A stretch of 64,000 nt of DNA, taken from positions 7,636,070 to 7,700,069 of the forward strand of contig NC_068991.1 in assembly GCF_001194135.2 (NCBI RefSeq). Direction: 5' to 3'. The notes beneath the pieces are model-generated. The model ran no database searches. It worked only from the letters and a program-made list of their open reading frames with translations, and had not been told where the DNA came from. Position numbers and translations under genes: made by a program. This stretch comes from Octopus bimaculoides (lineage: Eukaryota). Of the stretch, positions 38,801 through 50,400 are shown one piece after another (the first letter of the stretch is position 1; every line of letters starts with the position of its first letter).

Positions 38801-41800
38801 NNNNNNNNNNNNNNNNNNNNNNNNNNNNNNNNNNNNNNNNNNNNNNNNNNNNNNNNNNNNNNNNNNNNNNNNNNNNNNNNNNNNNNNNNNNNNNNNNNNN
38901 NNNNNNNNNNNNNNNNNNNNNNNNNNNNNNNNNNNNNNNNNNNNNNNNNNNNNNNNNNNNNNNNNNNNNNNNNNNNNNNNNNNNNNNNNNNNNNNNNNNN
39001 NNNNNNNNNNNNNNNNNNNNNNNNNNNNNNNNNNNNNNNNNCACACACACACCAGGTTTCCTTCAATTTCTGTCTACCAATCCACTTACAAAGCTTTGGC
39101 CAACTCAGGCTTATAGTCACTTGCCCAGGGGCTGCATAGCAACATCGAACTCAAAACCATGTGATTGGGAAGCAAACTTCTTAAACACTCGACCAGGCCT
39201 GCACCAATGTATCATAATATTTTGCTTTGAGGTTTCGTATGTTTAGTAGATATATTGAATGCTAGCTTTTATTTAAAAAATTTTTTTTTTCTACCGAGTA
39301 TTTTATGGAAAAGGGTGACACACACATGCAAGTACAAAATAGTAGTTTGCAGGGTGGAACAGAAGTCGTCAAGCTGGTTTGCCAACAAGGGTACATTACT
39401 TATAATGGTGCCCTTGTTGAATTACATAAGTCATCGAGTGGGGAATTGAAAGAAATATAGTTCCATTTTAAATGCTATACAGTATGTAGTTTCCTATTGC
39501 TGCATTCTGAGTTCAAACCACACTGATTCCTGTTTTGCCTTTTCTTCTTTTCAGAGCAATAAAAACAAATACCAGTAATTTACTAGAATCAGTTTAAATG
39601 CTAATAAATACTCGAAAAATTGTCCTTGGGCTTAAGAAATCAAAATTTATTAGCACCTTGGACAAAATACTTCGCAGCATTTCATCTACCTCTTTACATT
39701 CAGAGTTCAAATACCATTGAAGCCATCTTTGCCTGTCATCTCTTTCAGGGTTGATAAAATACAATACAACCAAGTACTGGGGTTGATGTAATCGACTTGC
39801 CTTCTCTCCTTAAAATTGCTGGCCCTGTGCCAAAATTAGAAAAATCTTATACATTATTGCTGCAAGCAAAATCACAGTCGTGGCAGATACCGGTGTCACG
39901 CAAATTGGCACCCGTGCCGGTGGCACGTAAATGCATCCATTACACTCTTGGAGTGGTTGGCGTCAGGAAGGGCATGGTTAGAAAACCATGGCAAATCAGA
40001 CTGGAGTCTGGTACAGCCTTCCAGCTTACCAGCCCAATCAAACCGTCCAATCCATGCTAGCATGCACAACGGACGTTAAATAATGATGGTGACGATGATA
40101 TAACAACACTAATATTATTGCTAATTGTGTAATCACATATACGCAATATAAAAAATGTTGTATTCTTTTCCAATTCATAAATGCATATAACTTTTGCTAA
40201 TATTCTCTTAACATTTTTCTCTAAATTTGAAAAATGAAACTGAATTCGTAATGGCCTTTACGTTTCAAATAGCTTTAATAGTATATAAATATGTACGCTA
40301 ATGTTGGTATCCATATCTCTCAATACACACGATTTGGATCCTCGTGCTACTTGTTTTAACAATCAGTTTAAGCGGTTAATTTGTGATGGACATACAGAGA
40401 AAGTGTGTTTATTTCCCCCGGGATGTCTATTGGAAGATAAATCCTCATCTCTCTCTCTCTCTCTGCACAATAAAAAAAATATACGGGAGAACAACGATAA
40501 GAGTGCTCTCCCTTGACAAATTGACTGCTTTGCTGGTGTTTTTAAATATCGAATTAAAGATAATTAACTTATATTAATTTTTTTAAAAAATCTTAACACT
40601 TCAAAGTATTTCTCCCTATTAGTAATTTTTGTTTACGTAGTAAATGATTTTATCTTTTTATTGATTTATTATTATTATTATTAAAGCGGCGAACTGGCGG
40701 CGTCGTTAACACGCCGAATAAAATGTTCAGCGGCATTTCGTCCGTCTTTACGTTCAGAGTTCAAATTCTGCCAAGGTTGATTTTACTTATCCTTTTGGGG
40801 TCGATAAATTAAGTACCAGTGAAACATTGGGGTTGATGTAATCGACTATAGTCCCCGTCCCCCCAAATTTCAGGCCTTGTGCCTATAGTAGAAAGGATTA
40901 TTATTATTATTATTATTATTAAGACGGCGTGCTGGTAGAAACGTTAGCACATCAGACAAAATGCTTAGTGGTATTTCGTCTGTCTTTATGTTCCGTGTTC
41001 AAATTCTGCCGAGGTCGACTTTACCTTTCATCCCTTCAGAGTCGATAAATTGAGAAGTACCAGTTGCGTACTGAGGTCGATCTAATCGACTGGCCCCTTC
41101 TCCCAAAATTACAGGCCTAGAGTAGAAAAGATTATAATTATTATTATTATTGCAAGCTNNNNNNNNNNAGCCTTGTGTCTGTGGTGGAAAGGATTATTAT
41201 TATTATTACCTCCGCCTTAGCGAAGGCGGAGGTATTGTTTTCAGTTGTGTTTGTTTGTTTGTCCATGGACAAGATATCTCAAGTACCGCTGGATGGATTC
41301 GGATGAAACTTTCAGGGATGTTTGGCCTTGTGACTGGCATGAACTGATTAGATTTTGGGATTGATCTGATACCGGACAAGGATTCTTGATTATTTGTTAT
41401 ATTTACTTTATTTTACATGATGTATTATGATCTTATGTTGACTTTCAAGTCTTTCTCTGATTATCTCCCTTGAGATTATCTCCCACCAACTGTGATGGCT
41501 ATGCATCATTTATCAACTTTGTGTGCTTGTAGCTTGCACAAAGGCCTCAATAAACCAGTTCTTTTGCATGAATGCTGTTGTGTTACTTGTCTCTAATCTG
41601 AGTCTTATTATTCTATCTCTACCTTAGCTAATTCATTGACTCTCTTAGCTAATTATATTTCTTTTACCTAAGTCAGTTGTACTTTAGTAATTAACAACTT
41701 GAGCTGCTTGTTCTAAAAAAACAAAAAAAAACCGTCTTATATCATGAGCTTTCCTTAGATTTCTATGCCATTATTATGAAATTAGATACTTGTGAAACAT

Positions 41801-44800
41801 ATTTCTGAATAGCTTTTATTTTCTGAATAACTTGTGAATCATGGGGGTTTTTTTTAATCATGGAAAGGCAATCTTATTACTACTCTCTTTCTCTACTTAT
41901 AGGTGATAATAAAGAGTTTCTCAAATATGTTTTGCTGAAAACCAAACTTTCTGTCTCAACTCCTGCATGTCAATAACATAATTGTTATTGATGTTGTTGC
42001 TTTTCATATGTTTTCCATGCTGCCATAGAATGGACAAATCGTTATTGTTTACAAACAAGTCTACATCTCATTCGAAAATTACAGTTTGGCTTCATTTCGA
42101 TAAATGAACATTCCTTTTATTACCAACCACTTTATGTAGTAGACTGGGGGCAATTTATTGGGACACCAGTGCTAGAGAGGACTGCCATGTCTTTGACAGG
42201 ACTAAAAGGGGTCCCTTTGACTCTTAAGCCAGCCACATCCGGCCCAAATATTCTACCAGTTTTATGTTCATACCAGTCATATTTGAACTCTCACACCTAC
42301 CCTACAATGTCATTCTGTATATAGTCACATCATCATAATCTCAAAGCTATGAGATAATGCAATGACTAATCCAAAAACAAAGTGAATAAATAAGCATTAC
42401 ATCTAACAGAAAAACCTGAACGCAAAAGTGTTAAACCCCCCTCCCCCCAAGCATTAACAATATCCCTTAAATCAGTACTTTTGAAACTGATAAATACCAA
42501 CCACTTCTCCACTTCAATTATTAGGGCCACTAATATTTAATTTAATAGGGTCTCACTAATATGAGGACAAAATGGAGTTTTCATCTATCAACCCTCCTTT
42601 CTTGATGGCAAATTTTAAAAGTCTAAAACTGTCCTATTAAACAGGGCAATTTATTCACCACCCCTCCACCCCTTTTTTTAATCCTCACTGTCCCTCTCTC
42701 CCTCCCTCCCCATGCGGAACACTGACTTAGACAAGTTAATCCACTATTTCCAGCTAACCATTCAAATAATCCATTATTGTGTATGCTGTTAAGTTCTATA
42801 CAGCATTTATTGCATTGATCCTGTTTATAATGACCTCTCTTTCTCTCCCTCCCGCTCTCTCCTTCCTCCCCCCCTCTCTCTCATAGGTACAAGTGCACTT
42901 TTGTAAATGTGGTCATTTGAAAAGTATGTCTTAACACTCATCCTATCCTCATCAATGACTGATTCATGTAAACAATTGAAAGACTTCGTACTTCCTGATT
43001 AAATAGTATTGAAAACTTCTTTGTTTTCTTACTCGCTCTGCGTTACCTGACTCCAACATCTCACTCACTCATCTTCTTTGTTTTAATAATTTGTTCCTCC
43101 TTTCTTCTCGACTATCATTTATCTCTTTCAGTCTTGGCTGCTATAGATTTCTACCACAATGTGTCATCTGGTCGACTTCATTGCTGTAAATCAAGATATT
43201 GCATTAAGTTGTCCCTTAGGAATACCCACAGTTCACTGCTCCATATAAATTCTCTGTGTCTATGTAGAGTTAGATAGAAGTTGTCTCTTAGGCCAGCTTC
43301 TTCAGGCTTCTACTTGTTGGAATTGTGCTTCCTACTTTTATTGCTTTTGGTCAGAATTTGCACATGGCTAATCTATTTTTGTTATCAGTGCCACGTAAAA
43401 AGCACCATCTGAATGTGGCCGATGTCTGTCACCTGACTGGCTCCCGTGCCAGTGGTACATAAAAAGCACCCACTAAACTCTCGGAGTGGTTGGCGTTAGG
43501 AAGGGCATCCAACTGTAGAAACATTGCTAGATCAGTTTGGAGCCTGGTGTAGCCATCTGGTTTCACCAGTCTCCATTCAAACTGTCCAACCCATGCCAGC
43601 ATGGTGATGATGATTCTTGCAATGATGAGTGCACCACCCTAACCACTGAGCCATGCACCTTCACAAGAATCTGCTCTGGAGATAGAAATATTTTGCAGTG
43701 CTAAATTTAATGTTTTTAATTATTAATATGCTGTAATAACTAATGAAATCTCAGTAATTTGGCTTTGTGTTCAACATCAGTGGTAATTAATTCCCAAAAT
43801 GAAGTTAGTGTTGCAGATGTTTAACTCATTTATGTCTGAGAACCTCAGAATCCTTATTTTGTATTTCATTCCTTGTGGTATAACCATAATCTCTCTGCAT
43901 GCCAATTCATTCACCCCCAGTGCTTACCAATGTGACCTTTGAAGTTTCTTGTTACAATCAACAGATCCCTAATATATCTATCGTGATTTTCATAATCTTT
44001 CTTGTCTTGCCTGTGTAAAGACAACAATGATTGTCACTCACCAGATTTAACCACTTTTCCTATAAATTTTCTTCTCTGAGTATATCTACATCATTATTGT
44101 TCCAATGTACACTTTTCCATGCTTGCATGGCTGAGACAGAATTTACTGAGGCAGATTTTCTACAGCTAGATACCCTTCCTGTCACCAACTCTCACCTGTT
44201 TCCAAGCAAGCTAATATTTCCCCATGGCCAGACATGTTTTTTGAAAGTCACCACTTGCAAGATGGTGACATTCACTTACGACTATCATATGATGTCAAAG
44301 CAAGCAGACAGTAACACACTTACGCACACACACAGTGGGCATCCAATCGATTTCTGTTCACCAAATCCACTCACAAGTCTTTGGTCAACACTTGACCGAG
44401 GTGCCACACAGTGGGACTGAACCTGAAACCATGTGGTCGGGAAGCAGACTTCTTTACCACGCAGTCATACCTGTACCTATTATATCCATTTGAAATAAAT
44501 CAATAATATGGAAATAATGTGAGTCTGTAAAATATATTAATTTGTTTTAGATGTTTTATGTTAAATAGTTTGACATGGCAGTCGTCTAAGTGACCTTGTA
44601 AATTGCAATAGCTGAATAGCTGCCCCTAACACACACACACACACACACACTATTCTTATTAAAACTTGAATTACTTAATAATTTTATTATACAGAGATTT
44701 CTCCAAATCTGAATTCCTTTAGGGACTAATTAGTCAAGTAGTTGGAGATTTTCAGATTTCAATTTCAAACTTCAGTATTTTTAATCAACAAATCCCACAA

Positions 44801-46511
44801 AACAGGAAGTCAGTAATCTGTAATATTCAAACCAGAAATGTAATTCATAAAAAAAAAAAAAAAAAGAATATAAATAAAAATGTGTAATTAGTGCAGTTAG
44901 TTAGCAATTTAAATTAGATTTTTCGATTAAGAATAGGGAGAAGATAGGATCCTTTTTGTATTAGTCTAAATTATATCGTTAACAGACTTCTGATTAAGAA
45001 AGCTGCTGTTTAATGTTAGTGATTTTCTTCCTTCGTTTTACCACTTTTGAGAGTTATTGCATGAAAGCATTATTCATAATGCCAACGTTTTTAGTTTTCT
45101 CTAAGTCTAAAAACTATTCAAAAGAAGTTATTTTATTTTATTTATTTAGTTTTATATCATTTAAGTCGTTAAACAATAACAATGTAGATATAATATTTAT
45201 GAAGAGTAGTAGCAACGAAAATGATGGTGTATATGTTTGTTTCTGGTTGTGTTTACTTATTCATAGATGTCACTGATTTTAAGCTGAGAGTAATCTAGCA
45301 GATTAATTATTCTAAGCGAAACTAGGCAATTGTTTTAGTTTTAACTCAATGTCCTGCAGTCATTCTCTCTTAGCACTCTTATCTCCTTCTTTATTATCTC
45401 TCTCTCTCTCTCTCTTCCTTTTTCTCATATAAATTTATTGGCATGGCTAATAAATCTATCTCAAGTACTCTGTGTTGCCAGGCTTTATAGAAATTATCAG
45501 GAAAAAAGCCACATAACATTATGACCTTATCTTTGGAGATGTGCTCCTATATACGAGGAGGTGCTGATAAGATCCTGGCTTTGGGTAAAAGAAGATACAG
45601 GAGGATCAGTTAATTATGATTTTATCCAACATATTTCCCTCTCAGATTCACACACTTAATCCAGCAGTCCTTCAGTTTTTCTAAGCCCTGTAAAAGAACT
45701 CAGAAGGTTGGGCCTCCAGCCAGGTCTTATGTGATACCCTTAAAACCAGGAAATTTTCAGCCCCCACCTCCTCATAAAATAGCAGATATCTAGATGCAAA
45801 ACTGTCCTACAACTTGGAACATACATATATAAGTGCATGTGGACACACACACACACACACACTAATCAATTCACCATATTTATGAGATATTCCTTGAAAA
45901 AGCCGGCAGTTTGTCTGATAAATGCTGGTTCACTGGAAATTGTTACATGCTAGCAATTCAGAAGATTATTCTAGTGAAGCTCCAGAGACATTGGAACAGG
46001 ATGTGATCCTCAGACCTATAGGATCCAGTCAGACCATCCACCCCATTCTAATAGGAAAAGTAGAGGGAAAAGGATGATGATAATGATGAGGATATTAATT
46101 TACTTAATTACTGCAAATGAATTATTTTTCTAAATTAGTATTTCTGATGTCTTGTGCAGTTTTGGCATGTATACATTATTCTTAGTTTATTCTAAGAATA
46201 TGGAAAATAACAAGTCATATATATAGGCCCAGGCATGACAAATTGGTAAGAAGCTCGCTTCTCAACCCCATGGTTTTGAGTTCAGTCCCACTGCGTGACA
46301 CCTTGGGCAAGTGTCTTCTACAATAGTCTCAGACCAACTAAAAAGCCTTGNNNNNNNNNNNNNNNNNNNNNNNNNNNNNNNNNNNNNNNNNNNNNNNNNN
46401 NNNNNNNNNNNNNNNNNNNNNNNNNNNNNNNNNNNNNNNNNNNNNNNNNNNNNNNNNNNNNNNNNNNNNNNNNNNNNNNNNNNNNNNNNNNNNNNNNNNN
46501 NNNNNNNNNNG

Positions 46512-46547
<36 letters not shown>

Positions 46548-47339
46548 TGTGTGTGTGTGTATATATATTTGTGAGTTTGTATCTCACATGCACATATATG
46601 ACAAGCTTCCCCACAATTTAGGTCTCCTCCTAACTTCATTCTCAAGACATTGGTTAGCGCAGGGTTATAGAAGGCACTTCCTCAAGTAATTGTGCTGTGG
46701 GACTGAACCTGAAACCACATGGTCGCAAAGCAAACTTCTTAACCACACAGCCATGCCTGCACTCATTTTCTGAGGGTGTTTTTGTTTTTTTTTTAACCCT
46801 ACTAATTAAATATTATCATCACTAACATTTTCACTGGATAAATGTGTTAACTTTTAACATTCTTAATCTAAATGTTCATTAATATGCATTTCTATATCTG
46901 TTTGTCTCTACAAATTGTCAGTATTAAGAGGGTCATTCAACCATGAAACTTTTGTTCCAACTGCACATGCTTCTTTTTCTTTTTTTCTTCCTACCCATCA
47001 TAACACTATTGTGTTCATAACACTATATTGATATGCATAATATTACATTTGGTATATTAATAGATACTGCTAGGTTAATTTCTCTCAACCATGCGATCAT
47101 AAAAGCAGGTGCCAAATAAAATTACCATAATGAACATGGATAATTAAAGCAAGATTATGCTTATGCTGGTTAATTTTATACTGCGTGTAACATTCTCTAT
47201 CTGTGTGTATATGTGTATCGTTACTCTCATTAGTGGTTGTTGTTTTTTTTTGTTTATGGCTGTGAAATTATTCTGTTTTAATTATGTGTGATTTATGCAA
47301 ATTATGTTCTTCCAAAAAGCTTTCACTCTCTCCATTTTC

Positions 47340-47429
<90 letters not shown>

Positions 47430-50400
47430 GATCTCATTGAAACAAATTTCTAAAATTAGTATTCAAATTTCAATCTTAAAATTGATATCTGAAACTGCAA
47501 AACGCACACACACACACACGTGCACATGCACACACATACATATGTGCACCAACCATTGATTCTGATGCTTCTAATCTACTTGAGAAATGAAAACATCAAG
47601 CTGTATTGGAAAAATTCTCTAAAAATATGAAACACATTGATGTTGCATTTTGAATAAAATGTAAAGTAACGCTAAAACAACAGCTCTTGGGGGGGAAACC
47701 TTTGCGTTTAATATAATTCTTTCTTGTTTAAAATGTCATCAATTCAACTTGGTATTGTGTGAGTATCTTGTTGACTTTTTTAGTTACACTACCTTCATAT
47801 CATCTGACATATCTATCAGTTCTAATGGTTCAATTGCACCAATTAAGTCCTTGATCTCAACATTTTATGCCCACCCTACATTAAAGTAAAACTGGAAAAT
47901 CATTTTAAAATTTATCCTTTACTTGCTTCAGTCATTGGACTGCGGCCATGTTTGAGACGCTGTCCTGAAGGGTTTTGATTCCAGCGCTTATTTTGTTTTC
48001 AAATCAGGTGCATATTCTATCAGTGTCTTTTTGCTTAACTGCTAGGTTACAGGGACGTAAACTAGTACTGGTTACAAAAGCAGCAAGGGAGCAAACACAC
48101 ACCGTGGGCTTCTACACAGTCTCCATCTACCAAATTTAATCATAAAGCATAGTTTAGCCTGGGGCTATAATAGAAGACACTTACTCAAGGTGCTGCATGA
48201 TGGGACTGAACCCAAAACCATATGGTTGCAAAGCAAACTTCTTAACCACACAGCCATGCCTGGAGAAACATCTAAAATATAACAAGCCTTGTCTATTCTA
48301 TTTTATACTTTTACATTCATGAGGTTGAATAAATATTATCTGTAAGATGTTCTAGAAAAGGCATGGGTAGCCCTTTTCGAGAGGCAGGCTGCATGGGACC
48401 ATGGCTCATCATCAGATGGATCACACTACTAAGCAATTTAAAGTAATTCTTTGTTGGCATGCCATTCAGAAAACTGTTCTAGAATGTTCTATACTCTTTT
48501 CACTTTTATAAATTTAAAAGCTTAATCATCCTGCTTCAAATCTACAGTTTGTAAATTTTATAAATGTAGAGCTTTTTTTAAAACCTTTTCACTAACCTCC
48601 CTCACAGTTTCAGTGCATTACCCACTTAAGTTAACAGCTTTTGTTTCTTAATTATTTATTCTATAAATTTATTTACAGTCTGCTCATACTTGAAAAAAAA
48701 AAAAAGTATTTAAGAAAAGGAGGGAAAAAAAGTTGTGTTCATGCATTTAGCATTGCAATTTTGTAACTTACTTTTTGCTTTACATACCTGCCGTATTCTT
48801 CCTGCATGTGTCTTACAATTGCATTGTTTGTTTGATTCTATTGTTTCTTGGTTGTTGTGTGACTCTAAAGCTTTCTTCATTTCCTTTATAGTTTATTTAT
48901 TGTTTTCTGTGATGGTTTGAATTGAGGATCAATCAGTTTAATGTAAATTGTGTGTACTACAAAGTACACAGTGATTTAATGTAGACATTTAGTCTTTTAA
49001 GACAAATAACTAGATCTTCCATTATCCAAGTATTATTGAGCAGTGTCTTTACTCCGCTTACATCATCAATACTTCAGCAGATTCTATCTTTATCAGTTTG
49101 CTTCTGTCATCCCAGTGCCACTTAAATATCTTGCTGTACCTCTTATCTATGGCTTCACTCACTCACTCACCATGTTTTCTGCCAAAGCTCTGCATGAAAT
49201 ACTCAAAACATTTTCTTCAAAATATTCTTTCCATAGATACTTCTGTGTTTACTAAACTGTATTTTACTATTGCTTTACATTCATTTTTAATTCTAACACA
49301 GTCAATGTCACTTTTTATACATCATCACCATCATCATCATCATCATCGTTTAACGTCCGCTTTCCATGCTAGCATGGGTTGGACGATTTGACTGAGGATT
49401 GGTGAAACCGGATGGTAACACCAGGCTCCAATCTAATTTGGCAGAGTTTCTACAGCTGGATGCCCTTCCTAACGCCAACCACTCAGATAGTGTAGTGGGT
49501 GCTTTTACGTGTCACCCGCACGAAGGCCAGTCAGGCGGTACTGGCAACGGCCACGCTCGAAATGGTGTCTTTTATGTCCCACCCGCACAAGAGTCAGTCC
49601 AGGGGCACTGGCAACGATCTCGCTCGAAANNNNNNNNNNNNNNNNNNNNNNNNNNNNNNNNNNNNNNNNNNNNNNNNNNNNNNNNNNNNNNNNNNNNNNN
49701 NNNNNNNNNNNNNNNNNNNNNNNNNNNNNNNNNNNNNNNNNNNNNNNNNNNNNNNNNNNNNNNNNNNNNNNNNNNNNNNNNNNNNNNNNNNNNNNNNNNN
49801 NNNNNNNNNNNNNNNNNNNNNNNNNNNNNNNNNNNNNNNNNNNNNNNNNNNNNNNNNNNNNNNNNNNNNNNNNNNNNNNNNNNNNNNNNNNNNNNNNNNN
49901 NNNNNNNNNNNNNNNNNNNNNNNNNNNNNNNNNNNNNNNNNNNNNNNNNNNNNNNNGTAAATCCTCGAGTATAGGTAGTCTGCCCTTGAGTATAATACGC
50001 AGGGGATTTTTAGGGGGCTGTACCTCTGAAGAACCTAAACCTTGTGTATAATACGCACCCCTTCTCTAACTTGAGTCAATGAGGTCTATATAACGTCCTT
50101 GGTTTGTAAACGTATATACGGTAACGTCCTTTATTATTATTGTATATATAACATAATGCAAACGTGTAGCTTTTTTGTGCACTTTGTTTGCAGAAAATAA
50201 AGAAATAACAGTAATAATGTCAGTGAAAAATAAATATTAAGTAAATTGCCTTTACAATCACTTAGAAAATTTTGCTTAGAAAATATTTTTCATTTTTAAC
50301 CTCATATATAGTATGCACTAGAAATTTTGACCTTTAAATTTTGGGGGAAAAGTGCGGATTATACTCGAGGATTTACAGTATGTGCAGCGCTAAACTACTT

